A stretch of 64,000 nt of DNA. Source: Naegleria gruberi (Eukaryota). The notes under the pieces were generated by a model, which saw only the letters and a program-made list of their open reading frames with translations, searched no databases and was not told the origin of the DNA. The translations under genes and the position numbers were made by a program. Position 1 is the stretch's first letter. Each line of letters begins with the position of its first letter. Location: assembly GCA_000004985.1 (NCBI GenBank), contig GG738882.1; one strand, given 5' to 3'. Shown one piece after another: positions 1 to 13,617 of the stretch.

Positions 1-721
1 TTATTCCTAATGAAAAAGCTTTTTGTTCAAATTGATGATGTTAAAAAATTATTAACCGAAAAAGCTCGAGCTGCACGCCGTTGAATATTCTCTCAAATCG
101 AAAAATGATGAGACTAAGCGTAGAGAGTGTTGTTGTTCACTAATTTTTTTTATAGTTTTTGTTGGTTGCGGTTTGCTAAAAAAACTGTAACGTTTTGGCG
201 GGCATGTAAAAATAAATTAATCACTTTTATACTTATTAATACTGTCTGCAGTATAGGACATTAAAAAGTTTGATTTAAACCTATCTTTTAACAATAGTGT
301 TACCTAACCCTAGCCTACATTTCCTATGATAAACATCACAATTAATATCCATACACAACATTGATATTCCTTAGTCCTTCAAGGTTCTCCAAAGTTCAAG
401 CTTAAATCCAATCAAAATCTTTTTAAAAAATCCCTCAATTAACTTTCAAGTTCATTTCCTTATGATATAATTTGATTTCGAAGAAAGCTTATCATATTGT
501 TGGGAAATTAACAATCCCAAAAGATCATCTGAACTCCGAGGAGCATATCCTCATGAACATTGAAATATCAATATAAAAAGGACGTATTAAACATCGCAAC
601 AAATCGCATGTAAGCACAATCTATGAAATCTTGATTTTGCCTATCTTCAAAAGTATAAATTCGTCATGTCCAATAGGAAATTAAACAAAAAAACAATTCC
701 AACAACAAATAAGAAGAAAAA

Positions 722-1265
722 ATGGCTCCAACACTTCTCCATACCATGATCCGAGTTGGTAACTTGGAAAAGTCTATCAACTTTTATTGTAATATTTTCG
801 GAATGAAGGAAAAGAGAAGAAGTGATTATCCTGAAGGTAAATTTACTCTTGCCTTCATTGGATATGAAAATGATGCTCATGAAATTGAATTGGTAAGCTT
901 GGCTTTATCAAATTATTTAATTAATATTATAATATTTAATGTTGTTGGATTAATAATTATTAAAATTTGATGAATTTAAATAATAATACTAATTAGACTT
1001 ATAATTATGGTGTTGAAAAGTATGATATTGGTACTGGATTCGGACATTTGGCTATTGGTGTTGAGGATATTTACTCTGTTGTTGAACAAGTTAGAGAATG
1101 TGGTTGTAAGGTATGTCATTATCATAGTTTTTAAAGCTTTAATTTCTAATAATTTAGGTTACAAGAGAACCAGGTCCAATGAAGCACGGCACTACTGTTA
1201 TTGCCTTTGTTGAAGATCCTGATGGATACAAGGTCGAACTCATTGAACGTAAAACAATGATTTAA
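722..1265 (+). CDS. glyoxalase I (lactoylglutathione lyase); exons ~722..892, 997..1110, 1158..1265
   Basis: The spliced product is [29 protein letters not shown]...HEIEL|[22 protein letters not shown]...|[35 protein letters not shown]. It is colinear with GloA-type glyoxalase I motifs (HTMLRVGDL, ELTYNWGV, GHIAxx[19 protein letters not shown]). Intron 1 is GTAAGC...AATTAG (104 nt) and intron 2 is GTATGT...ATTTAG (47 nt). Both junctions restore the frame. Confidence 0.9.
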
Positions 1266-1348
1266 ATTAAATTTTACATTTTAACACAATTATTGGAGAG
1301 GTTTTTCCTTTATATATTCCTAGGATACATATTTACAATTATATTCAA

Positions 1349-3519
1349 CTATTTGGAAATGATATTAATATCGGAAAAGTCATTACAAGTTGTCAAGTGG
1401 ATAAACAATTTCTTTCTGAGGAAATTCATATTGTGACAATAGGTTGGAGTACCTGTGAGAAAGATGGTGTGACCTCTGCCACAAGCTACATCCTTGATTG
1501 GAATATTTCTGAAAAAGTCAACACGTACAGGTCTACACACAAAGCAATTTTGTTGATTTTCATCTTCTCTAGTATGATGATACATTCTCTCTTGAACTTC
1601 ATCTGTTTTTTGAGATTGGATGTATCCTAGTTGGCCATGCTTTCCTTCTCCACCAACATAACATTCACCACTTCTTGAAAGGAGAACACAATGATTCCAT
1701 CCACAAGCAACCTTACATATTGGAATTCCATAGAGTAATTTGAGTGGATAGACAAATCGTTGAGTCTTGGTATTTCCATTTAAAAGCTGACCATATGCAT
1801 TCCATCCATTCTTTAGAAAAAACATTGTTTGAAATTTGCAATTATTAATTAATACTTACTGTATACACTCTTCCATCTGATTATTAATAATTGAGTTTGT
1901 CACAATGATTGGAGTAGTATTGATTAAGATTAAAGAAAATTATCATAGAACATACCATAGGTCAAAAAGACAGAATGGAAATATCCACAAGCAACTGCAC
2001 AAATCTTTTCATCTTGCAAGGAAGTTATCAAATGAGGAATCAAATGTCTATTGGAAGAATCTGTTTCTTGTGAAAACAAAGTAGGATCATTTTCAATTTC
2101 TTGAATGGAGAGCTGTCCATATTGAGTGTCTCCCATACCAAATGTTTTTCCCTCGGAGGTGATTAATATGGAATGCCATGCTCCTGCTGCACAATCAACA
2201 ATTTCCATACATGTGAATGGAATTCTGTACTTGGAACCAACTTGAATGGGTTTTTCACCATTCCTTGTGAATTCCCTTAAAATTCTTGGAGGAGTATTGA
2301 CAGGAACTTCAAATTCCTTCAATAGAGAAGGTTGATAGATTTTAAATTCATGATCCTGTGTATTCAAACTTGCATGACTTTTAGTAACTGTTCCACTGTA
2401 TTTTAATATTACATTATATGAAATATTAACATTGAAAGTAGTTTACAAAAAAACTTACCATTGACCATACGTATTCTTTCCACACGAGGCAACAGTTCCA
2501 TCACTCATTACAAATATTGAATGATATCCACCACAGCACAGTTTTGCAATACTTGGTGCTGATATTGTCTCTTCAAACTCGTCCATGGCCAATTGATTTT
2601 TTGAAAGTTCTGCAATTAATTCCCTTCTGTCCATTTCGAAATTCCTGAAATATGTTTGAGGATTCAACAAGATTGGTAATGTACTTGAAATGGGAGGTGT
2701 TGCTTGTTCTGTTCCCAATTGACCTTCTCTACATTCACCCCAAACATATAAGTTTCCTTTTATAGTTAAGGCAATGCTATGATGTCCACCACAACTAATC
2801 ATTTGCACAGGTTCTTGAATCAAGTTGACTCTAGTAAATTGAGTAACGTTTGAATTTTGTGATTGACCTGCTTGATGACTGTAATTTGCTCCACAACTCC
2901 ACACTTGACCATTATAAGTGAGAAGAACAGTGTGATACCAACCACAGACAATACTTTTTACATTTAATTTCTCATCAGCCAATTGAGGTAATGATTGATT
3001 GGATGAGTTGTTCTTATTTGATAATTCTTCGTCAGTATGAAGATGATTGGAAAGAGAATTGAGAGTTTCTCTGCAGGTGATGAGTGAATTTTCATTGGAT
3101 TGTTCTTGTGTTTCTAGTTGTGTTTCTTCTCTGGAGAATAGAGTTGAGTGTTGGTGATGATTATTAGAAACATTGGATTGATCAAATATTGGAGGTAATT
3201 TACAAGGTTCTGCAAACGAATAAAACTGAGGATAATATTGTGCTTGATGAACCGAAACTTTGGGTGTTCTAACGAGCCCTGTTTGGCCAGAAGTGTAAAG
3301 GCCACAAACGAATAATTCATTCGAAAGTGTTGGCGAATCTGATAAACTTGAATCACTACTTGTTGACGCGGTCGTTAGACTATAACTTTGAATACTCGAA
3401 GTCATAGCTATTGAATGTGTTTGTGTTTTTTTAGATAAAGATCCACTTGGTATTGATGATATTTTCGTTTTCGTGAAACAATCCGAATTTGGAAAGAGGA
3501 TTAAATTGGAAGCAATCAT
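1349..3519 (-). CDS. RCC1-repeat (regulator of chromosome condensation-like) protein; exons ~2459..3519, ~1956..2395, ~1349..1854
   Basis: RCC1 beta-propeller signatures recur: SIVCGWYHTVLLTYNGQVWSCG, ISCGGHHSIALT..LYVWGECREGQLG, CCGGYHSIFVMSDGTVASCGKNTYGQ|CG, CAAGAWHSILITSEGKTFGMGDTQYGQLS, ACGWNHCVLLSRSGECYVGGEGKHGQLG, ACGRGHTIFLTG. Minus-strand donors are GTAAGT (plus 2453-2458) and GTATGT (plus 1950-1955). Acceptors are AAATACAG and TACAGTAAG. The introns are ~63 and ~101 nt. The N-terminal third is S/T/Q-rich low complexity. Confidence 0.75.
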
Positions 3520-3731
3520 ATTTTACTATTGATTCAGAATTGAGCAATTGTTTTGATTTACTCAAAGCACATCCAAAAAGATATTTTGTGGAACTATTGA
3601 AATAACATTGGAAAATCTCGAGTGAAAATAAGACTCATTTGGTTATTGAGAAAAAGTTACCTTAATTTGATTAAGACAATAATCTTTTAAACTAATTGCT
3701 TTAAACCTTGATGTAATGATAGTAATTACTA

Positions 3732-6186
3732 TTATATTGAACTATTGGAAGAAGAAGAGGAAGATATGCTGATGGAAATATCCACTGGTGTGACTGGGAA
3801 ATTATCAGAATCTTCAGTAGGTTCTTCATATTGGAGCATGAATCTAACAAATGTGTCCTTCAAGATCATATTGGTTACAACCTTTTGAAGATCATCCAGC
3901 AAGTCAACTTGGCCAAAACCTTCGATAATTCTTTTAACTATGACTTCTCGTTCCTGCTTTGAAATATTCAAAGGGGTAGGTGAGTCTTCCTTCAAATATT
4001 GGGCAATAATTTCATTTTGCTTTTTAGATCTTTCCGAGGTTCTCTTGATATTCTTATACTTGAGCACATCTTCCAAAAAGTTGAAATTCTCAGCAGAAAA
4101 TTCACTTTCACAGAATTGCTTAATGAAAAGCTTGTTAAATAATTCAAGAATAACTTACTCTAAATAATTCCTTTGAACTCTTTTTTGACATTATCTTTTC
4201 AAATTCGAAAGATTGAATGGTTTCCTGTTGCTGTTTGATACTGGCCATTAATTCATGTTGCTCTTTCATATTTCTTGCAACAATTACATAGACTTCAATC
4301 ATTTCTTCATTCTGAATGATGGTTACTCTGGTAGATGATAATGAAACAGGAAGTTTGTTACCAAGGGCTGTAGACAATAATGCATCCTTTCTCGAATTGG
4401 TATTATACGAAAGAGATTCAAATAAGCCAAGAAATTGATCCGTCTCAGCAGCAAGATCACTAACAAGTAAATAATTTGAAATTGCCAAGGTATTCTTCTT
4501 GAGAATTTTCGTTTCAAATATAGTATTGAAGGTGGCAATTTCTCCATTTTTACAATCCACAGTAAAGATGAAATCAGAGATGGCATTCATGATTACTCTT
4601 GCATGCTGTTCAGAAAGGGATGTTTTCTCTAGTAACTCTTGAATTCTTTCATTCTCAGATACAATGACTGTTTGGGATTCGTCCAATGTTTCCAACATGT
4701 TATTAACATCATCAGTCAATAATCCCAGCTCATCCTTACCCATACACTTGACTCTCTTTTTGAAATTATTGCTAATGGTGATTTCTCTAACTGATTTGGC
4801 AAAATTCATCACTCTCTTAATAACAACAACCTCCAAAAAGACCATTATTGCAAATGAGAGCAGTAAAATCATTGCTGTCATTACTGCCCAAGTAATGATG
4901 AAAGAATTGGTTCCCAAAACAAATACTCTTCTTGCAAAGTCTGTTCTAATGATAATACTGTCATTTCGTGAAATGTCATAATATTTCTGAAATGTTGCCA
5001 TTCTAGATCCATAAGCATTTCCATCATCTTCAATATCTGCACAATATCTATTCTCGGTTATAGGATAAAGATTATTTTGTTGATCAACAAAAAGTGGTTG
5101 ATTGAGCTGAGCCATATTGTCTTTCCATTTTGTTACTGAACTTGAACCATTGATTAGTGTTGTTTTCCAATCCCCAACTCTTTCAGTTAAATAAGTATTG
5201 ATCCATTCGTGATTTTGTTTGAAAATGTATGAGCTGCTCTCTGGAGCACTTTCTCCACTAAGAGCAATTGCTAACAAATACCTATGTCTCCAATATTCCA
5301 TATTAAAGAGGGTAATACAGAGTTGAACTCTATTTGCCATATCTTGCTTGTACTCTGCAAGATCAAATCTAGCAAACACAATCAGGCCATATGTTTTTGT
5401 ATTGTAATCATAATTATCCTGTATTGGCATGCCACTCATAAGAATAATATATGAAAGCAGCTCTGTTTCTGTCATGTTGGCCATTATAGCTTGCTTCTTT
5501 TCATATGAGTTCACTAAATTTGGTAAATCTTTAAATGGAGAGAAGAAGCCGACATGTCTTGTTGAAGGTACATCAACATTCCTCAATAAACGAGCTCCTA
5601 GTTCATTTCTCGACAAATCATTGAACTCTTCTGGTAGATTATCCAAACTTATTCCCCTAAAACATGCTCTAAAAGCGAGCAAAGTTCCATCCTTCTTATA
5701 TAATATTGCAAAATTCAATTTGGAAGCCAGTTGATAATTACAATTCAAATAAGTATCCATATATTTCTCAGTAAATGATGAGTTTGTAGCCATAACAGCA
5801 TCAACAGTATCATTAAATGCTCCATATTCGCTAAGCTTTGATGTCAATGACTGAAAATCATCAAAATAGGCCCTTGTAGTTCTCTTTGCAGCTTCTACAG
5901 AATAAGTCTGCTCAACCGAATTAAACGAAAGTAAAAAGGCAGTCACCAACACAGCCAAACAAATAGCCATCAATAACAGAAATAACACTCCAAGCACTGT
6001 CATTGTTTTAAATCTAATACTACTCAATAAAACAACATCTCTCCTATTGGATTTTAAATTCAAAGTAGATGGTGGTCTCAACTTGACAATTCGAGGACCT
6101 GTTTCCTTAGATCGTTTCATATGATATTCTCTGTAGGCTTTGTCATCTTGCCAGGGAGACTCTGAAGGAGATTGTGATTGATACAT
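3732..6186 (-). CDS. receptor-like protein: cytoplasmic N-terminus, TM, ~370-aa extracytoplasmic sensor domain, TM, HAMP-like linker, PAS-like region, C-terminal RGS domain; 2 exons (~4159..6186, ~3732..4118)
   Basis: TM1 is TMTVLGVLFLLLMAICLAVLVTAFLL. A large N-glycosylation-site-rich ectodomain follows. TM2 is FIITWAVMTAMILLLSFAIMVFLEVVVI. The HAMP signature is KRVKCMGKDELGLLTDDVNNMLETL (DE-G-L...N-M..L). The RGS domain starts with QFCESEFSAENFNFLEDVLKYK and ends with DTFVRFMLQYEE. A 40-nt intron (GTAAGT...CATTAAG) joins ELFR to QFCESEF. No HisKA or HATPase motifs are present. Confidence 0.75.
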
Positions 6187-6787
6187 TTTCTTTAATTATT
6201 ATGTAATTTACTATCTCGCTTGCTGATGGCATCGGAAAACATCAAACTCTATCATTTCGAATGTACACTTGTTTCATGATTAATACAATTCAATATAAAC
6301 AACAATATTTGTACAATATTAATATTAATATTGATGAAATTCTGTTTGTTTTCATCAATTAATTAAATTCTCAGAGAACATTTTTTTTCTAATTTTCAAA
6401 TCAAATCACCTCTGATCTATTTAAATACTATGTGATTATTGCTATTGTATCAATTCAAAGTCTCTAATAAGAGAAAGCTCACCTTAGAGGGAATTTTAAA
6501 TTTTTATATTTTTTTCAAATTTAAAAAAAAGATCATCACGAGAAAATTCTTCAAACCTTTTTGATTGTTTTTGGTTTTCTACAAAGCTCAAAATTGGATT
6601 CATCATCAGAGTATAATTGCTATTGGGCGAGAATATATTTTATGCTTGGTTGTGTGATTTATTGGTAAAATTCATCATCCCGAACATTAAAATAGAACGT
6701 TGAAAATTATAAATATAATAACATCAATCATCACGATAATAATATCTATTTAAAAAGTACGACAATAATATCAACAAAAATCAAAGA

Positions 6788-8386
6788 ATGGACCACGGAA
6801 TTGTTCTTAATTTTGAACAGGAAAGAGAGCAATTGGAATCGTCTTTTGGATCCTTTCGTCCAAAGCGTTATCATACTCTCCGAAAGGAATTGAAACTGCA
6901 AAGTAGAAGCAAACGTAAACCTAATACACCATCATCTGAATTTTCCATGAAAAAACAATCAACCTACTTGGAGTGGAGAAAGTTTTTATTAGAACAAAAA
7001 GGGCAAACTTTTGCTTTTGTACAACATAATCCTTCTATGAAATTATCACCACAAGATACCCTGATGGTATTTGAAGCAAAGAAACAACAAGATCAAATGA
7101 AACCACCACAGTTTTTATTCCTCTCGGGTGGAACGACAAATCTTGGAGATAAGAAACATAAGAGAACACAAAGTAATAGACTCTCAGATGGTGGATCTTC
7201 CTATCAGGATCACTTGGATTCTTCTCAAATTTTAAATACAGGAGACGATACTGGATCAGAGGATAATGTAGATACTGCCGACACTATTAGTCAAACTGCT
7301 CCACGAACTAAATTATCTGAAGTTTATGAATTTGTCGGAATGCACCACATTTTCGAAGTCGGAAATGGATATGACGGAGTGGAAGTCACTTCAATCAAGT
7401 TTGCCAATGATAATAATGATTTGTTAGCTTTTGGTGCAACAGATGGTTGCATTTATATTGCTACAGCATGGAAAAAACCAGAAATTATACACAAATTGAA
7501 AGGGCACAAGGATGCCATCCTAGATTTTGACTGGTCACTGAGTAACGAGTACATTCTCAGTGTTTCTAAAGATTCAACAATTAGAATATGGAACACCACT
7601 ACTGGTGCTTGTATTAGAATTCTTGATAAGCAGGGAACGGTTAGGGCAGTGAAATTCTTCCCAAGAAATCCAAACTTTTTCTGTGTAGGTTTTGAAGGAG
7701 GACTTGTTGGTTTATACAATCTGAGTACTGGTAAATTAGTGGAAAAACTCAAAATTAACAAATTATCGATGGGAATGGGTAGTTTTGTCAATATTAACAT
7801 GTCACTAGGAGGAAGTAATCATGTTACTTCTGTTTTTTTCTCTACACAGGGAGATCAAATATTTATTGGAGATGTGACTGGTTTCTTGTGGATTTATGAG
7901 TTTGATATTAACAAACTCTGTTTTGGTAAATTAGTACAGAAAATTAAGGTATCACTCAATGGAAAAGCCATCACTTCTATTGATTATCAATTGTGGACTG
8001 GAAATTCTTCTAAAGTTAATCCTAGACTCTTGGTGAGTGCTATGGATAGTTATGTTCACCTCTTCCAATATAGCCAAACATCTGCAAAATTTGTAGAATC
8101 GATAAGATTCCCAGTCTCTCAAAAGAATCACAGTGTAAAGAGTCACTTTTGTCCTCTTGTTTCATTCATGGCCAGTTCATGCTTTGTGACAGGAAGTGAA
8201 TCGACGGAAATTCTTTTCTATTCTACCAAGTTTGGAGCTTCAAATGCAATTAACAGATTAATGGGTCACGCCTCTCCAGTTCTGGACGTCTCGTGGTCAT
8301 ATGATGAAACATTATTGGCCAGTTGTGACATGTCTGGTGTGGTAATACTTTGGAAGAGAAGACCTTTGGAAGATAAGGATGTATAA
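6788..8386 (+). CDS. WD40-repeat protein (532 aa, single exon)
   Basis: Start codon is ATG. WD40 units include LLAFGATDGCIYIATAW, KGHKDAILDFDWSLSNEYILSVSKDSTIRIWN, HASPVLDVSWSYDETLLASCDMSGVVILWK. The N-terminus is basic and S-rich low complexity. Confidence 0.8.
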   Translation: MDHGIVLNFEQEREQLESSFGSFRPKRYHTLRKELKLQSRSKRKPNTPSSEFSMKKQSTYLEWRKFLLEQKGQTFAFVQHNPSMKLSPQDTLMVFEAKKQQDQMKPPQFLFLSGGTTNLGDKKHKRTQSNRLSDGGSSYQDHLDSSQILNTGDDTGSEDNVDTADTISQTAPRTKLSEVYEFVGMHHIFEVGNGYDGVEVTSIKFANDNNDLLAFGATDGCIYIATAWKKPEIIHKLKGHKDAILDFDWSLSNEYILSVSKDSTIRIWNTTTGACIRILDKQGTVRAVKFFPRNPNFFCVGFEGGLVGLYNLSTGKLVEKLKINKLSMGMGSFVNINMSLGGSNHVTSVFFSTQGDQIFIGDVTGFLWIYEFDINKLCFGKLVQKIKVSLNGKAITSIDYQLWTGNSSKVNPRLLVSAMDSYVHLFQYSQTSAKFVESIRFPVSQKNHSVKSHFCPLVSFMASSCFVTGSESTEILFYSTKFGASNAINRLMGHASPVLDVSWSYDETLLASCDMSGVVILWKRRPLEDKDV

Positions 8387-8522
8387 ATTGTTAAATAAAT
8401 TTAAATTGAATTCTACTCTGATTCAAAAACTAAAACTAGATTCAAGACCTTGGAATAAATTAATGTTCATTTTGTTATGTTTTAAACCTTGGAATAAATT
8501 AATTTTTATTTACATTCACTAA

Positions 8523-11148
8523 TTAATCAGTACCAACTAGTTGTCTTTCCACTACTTGTTTGTAAAGACCTCCCTTTTGAAGCAGATTGAAATGCTCTCC
8601 TTGTTCCACAACTGAACCTTCCTCAATGACACAAACCTTATTGGCCTTTATCACTGTGGCAAGTTTGTGAGCTATAACGATAACAGTCCTTCCATTCATT
8701 AATGAATTGAGAGCTTGTTGAACTTGGCTGTCATATTGTACTTCTAAAGAATGAGAATATTCGTCCAAAATTAAAATCTTCGGATCCTTCAAAAGGATTC
8801 TAGCAATGGCGATTCTTTGACGTTCAGAGGCAGAAAGTCTGACTCCTCTTTCTCCAATAATAGTATCATATCCATCTTTGAAATTAGAAATAAATTCATG
8901 AACGTTTGCCTTCTTGGATGCTTCCATAACTTGCTCGTCTGTTGGAGCTTCATCACCAGTCCATCCGTAACAAATATTTTCACGAATTGAGGCACTAAAC
9001 ATGGCAGGATCCTGAGTAAGGAGACCAATGTTCTTTCTCAACCAAACAGGATCAATTTGAGTAAGTGGAACACCATCCAATGTAATTTGTCCATCATTTG
9101 GATCATAGAATCTTTGTAAGAGTGAGACAATGGTGGTCTTTCCTTGTCCTGGTCTACCAACCAAAGCCAAAATACTTGATGGTGACATTTCAAGGTTAAT
9201 CTTATTGAGTACTGAGTGTTCGGTTCTTGAAGGATAGGCAAATGAAACATCGTGCAAAACAATGTGACCATTCAATTTTGGAAGTTCTCTAGTATCGGAT
9301 TCCATAACGTTTGGATTACGTCTTTCAATGGCTGGAATACGTTGAAGTAAGTTGTAAACTCTAACAGTAGCCTCCAAAGCTCTAAACAATTCAACCAGCA
9401 ATCCACTCAAGACACCAAAGCTGGCAGCAACCAACAAGGTATACATGATGAAACTAATAAGAGATCCAACAGTTATTTCACCATCCACAACAAGTCTTCC
9501 ACCAAACCACAAAACGAGAATAATACTAGCATTACCAGCAAACATCATACCACCTGAAAAGATACCATTAGCAAATGAGAATTTTCTTGCCAATGAGAGA
9601 GTCAAATCAATAGCAGCACTGTACAAGCTAATATGCTTGGTTTCCTTTGCAAAACTACGAACAGTTCTCAAATTGGAGAAGGACTCTTCAGCAACATCAG
9701 TTGAATTGGCCAAAGCATCTTGTGTTCTCCTTGTGATATTCTTAATATATTTGGCATAAATTAAAGAAATAAAAACGAGTGGAGGTATGACAGCAAGCAT
9801 GATCAGAGTCAATTTCCAAGATATTATCAATAGGAAAACAATTCCACCAATTAATTGAGCCACATAACGTAAAAACATTGAAAGATTCACTGTAACGGCA
9901 TTTTCCAATGATTTTGTATCTGAACTCAATCTATTCAACAATTCTCCAGTTTTAGTGATATCAAAAAATCCAACTTCTTGAACAATGATGGAATTGAAAA
10001 GATCCTTTCTGAGACGGGCAACAGCACGTTCTCCAGCATATGTAAAACTATTATATTTGTAAAATATATAAATGAAATTGATTAGAAGAAACATACCAAA
10101 AGTTTCTCAATGCAGTTGTAAGGCCAATACCAGCCACAACACCTAGTATAATGAGAGCCATTTGATTAATATATTCCTTTCCTGTAGTTCCTGCAGGGAT
10201 GGTATTAATAATCTCGCCAACATAAATTGGTAGGAATAGGCTCAAACCAGTACTAACAATCAAAAATATAATTCCGAAAAAGACGAGTGGTGTTTGTCTA
10301 AATCCTAATTTCATCAACCACATAAATTGAGTAAAACTAATTCTTGGAAAGCTCTTGAAGAGTTTAGCAATGCCAGTAGCACTAACTGGATTTTCATCTA
10401 TAGCATTTGGCTTTAAATAATCATTATACGTATCATCAATATGGTTATCGTAGTATAACAATTCTCGATCGTAATCATCCTCCATGGAAATTTTGGTAGT
10501 GTTTGTAATTTCAACTTCAACATCATCACCATCTTCGAGGTTAACATTTTTCATTTCCTTGTGTTCATTGTGATTTGTTAATTTGACTTTACGATGTTCA
10601 TCATAGTCTTTTTCATTTTCCTCTTCTTCCTCGCTCAGTGATGGTTCATGATGATGGTTCAGGTCAGAACCGAGACTATTACTACTGGAAGTAGTATTAG
10701 CATTTCCATTTGTAGAAGTCAGGGAACCCTTAGAGACCAGAATTTGCTTTCTCTTCGGGAGTGGTGGAGTTTCCAAATCTTGAGCCTCTTCTTCCTTATT
10801 AACATTTCCAAAACGAACACGTAACTTGGATCTATCATCTTTAAAAGCAGGTGTATTTTCTATTGGTTCTTCATCATCCGAATCATTATTCTTCTTTGGT
10901 GTTATTGTCGAATCAACATCATGAGCAGCAGCCGTTGTTGATGGTGATGATGATTTCGATCCGTTAATTGTAGGTGATTTTTCCTTCTTTGTATGATGAG
11001 AGTCTTCATCTTGTTCTTCTTCATGATGATGATGATGCGAGGAAGAAAGTACAATATCATCCAACTCTTCCTCTAAATCTTCGTCTTCCTCATCTTCCAA
11101 AAGTCTCGATTGAGAACGCGTTTTTAACGAGCCAAGTAGTGATGGCAT
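8523..11148 (-). CDS. ABC transporter, B-family half transporter (TMD-NBD) with ~270-aa acidic/His-rich N-terminal extension; exons ~10096..11148 and ~8523..10047
   Basis: The TMD carries the ABCB motif ERAVARLRKDLFNSIIVQEVGFFD. Walker A is LVGRPGQGKTT. The ABC signature is LSASERQRIAIARILL. Walker B is ILILDE. The H-loop is TVIVIAHKL. A 48-nt intron (GTATGT...AATAG) splits ...ALRNF from ...FTYAGERAV. The N-terminal extension contains SSSHHHHHEEEQDEDSHH and D/E runs. Confidence 0.85.
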
Positions 11149-11455
11149 TTTTTTAAAGTTTTTTTTATTTTTTTTAACGTTCGCAAAATTTGTTCTGATG
11201 AGAGAAGTGATGGAAACATTTATGGAAAATTGAACAATCTGGAAGGTGATGTTGTTATGGAAGTATAGTTGTTGGAAGAGGACTGGAAGATATTTGATAT
11301 TTTGAATGGCTCTAAACAGTTTTTGTTGAACGATTGTTTTGCTTGTTGTTGTCCAGATGATAATCTATTCACTTTAAATGGAATACGATTTTTAATAAGT
11401 TAGTATAGGTTCAATGGTTGTTGTACATTTTCAAAAAGGGATAATATCTCAATAT

Positions 11456-12444
11456 TTACAAATTCTTCTTCTTTTTGTTTTCTTCAATCTTGGCATCAAC
11501 ATCGTGTAAATCAAAGATGGAATAGAGTTCAATATTTTCAAAAGTTGGATCGGCAAGTTTTTGCTTTTCATCTGGAAGTGATAATCTATCCTTACTTCTA
11601 TCAACCAAATAGAGAGCTGCCTTAACTTCAATATTATAATCTTCCTTTAGCATTTTGATACCATCCAAAAGTGAAGAACCTGTTGAGAGAGCATCATCAA
11701 CCCAGACAGCATGTAAAAGTGGTGAATCTGGTTTTCTTTCAGTGAATTTTTGTTCACCTTCTAATTGTTGACAAGTACCAGTTGACTTTCTATTCTTTCT
11801 AATATACAAAAAATCATAAGCTTCATAAACTGTTTTAGATCCTTGTTTTTCATGAAGAGTTGATGCATAGGCTGCAAATTGACTCACTAACATTCCTCCA
11901 GCCAATTCCATACCAACCAATACGAGAGGTTGTTCGGAGAGATTCTGTTGTGATGGAGGTAAATTTTCAGCTTGCAATGATGGTAAGGTTTGTTGAATAT
12001 GAACCAAGTAATGTCCCATAATTTCCACAATTTTAGGAGCAACTCTCTTATCCATAAAATTTGTACTAGCATTGAGATAATCTATTAGAATTCATAAGTC
12101 CATATTTTCCCATTATTATGATAGCAATAATTTCCATTCAATTAATTAATCCACATTCCGATGATGAAAAAATTTGATCAAGTTAAAAATAGATTAATTC
12201 CAATATTGGATCAGAATTGAGTAAACAATGATCGAATTCATTTAGAATAAATGATTTTAAAAAACCTACAAGGCAATTCAATTCCACTAGTAGCCTTGAA
12301 AGGTCCCATCTTTACATTTCTCACAACTCCATTCAATACTTCATCATACAATTCACCACAAGCTTCCACTCCACTTGAGAGTGATTCCAAGCTTAATTTA
12401 GTGGATTGTTTGGCTTTTTCAAGGAGGGAAAGGTGTGCTGGCAT
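11456..12444 (-). CDS. orotate phosphoribosyltransferase-like (type I PRTase fold), divergent; exons ~12269..12444 and ~11456..12081
   Basis: Exon 1 (VKMGPFKATSGIELP) matches the OPRT motif LKFGEFTLKSG. The 187-nt intron (GTAGGT...CTAATAG) joins ...GIELP to YYLNAS..., giving LPYYLNAS, which aligns with the OPRT motif SPYFFNAG. The PRPP-binding motif is LLHAVWVDDALSTGSSL. Also present are VLVGMELAGGML and YLVDRSKDRL. The C-terminus is a poly-K tail. Confidence 0.65.
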
Positions 12445-12870
12445 TTTTTAATTGTTGTTTTGATTAATGGAAGTTCACTGTTTTGCTGATTCTGAAAAGC
12501 CACTTTACTGAGAATTGGGTGAGAATTCCATGAATTATTGTCCATTGTTATGTCGCTAAATATAGCTTGACTACAGTAGTTGCACCTTCCGAAAGTTGGG
12601 AATTATCAAATGAGAAAGGATAATAAGGAAGGATTGAGGATAATTTGATGGAGTAATTCAATTTGTGCAACATTTCTTAATCATCACTTGAAACCTGGTT
12701 TTTTTGCTGGTTAACAACTGCAAAACAAACCTTGTTACATGTTCAAACATTATTAGAAGTATGTACAATATTCAATATACAAGGTGAACTTGATGATTTG
12801 TTTCTCAACACAAAATCCTTTTCCGAAGCTAAAAATAAAACATCGGTTACCTTTTTAAACCATGTTGTAA

Positions 12871-13617
<747 letters not shown>

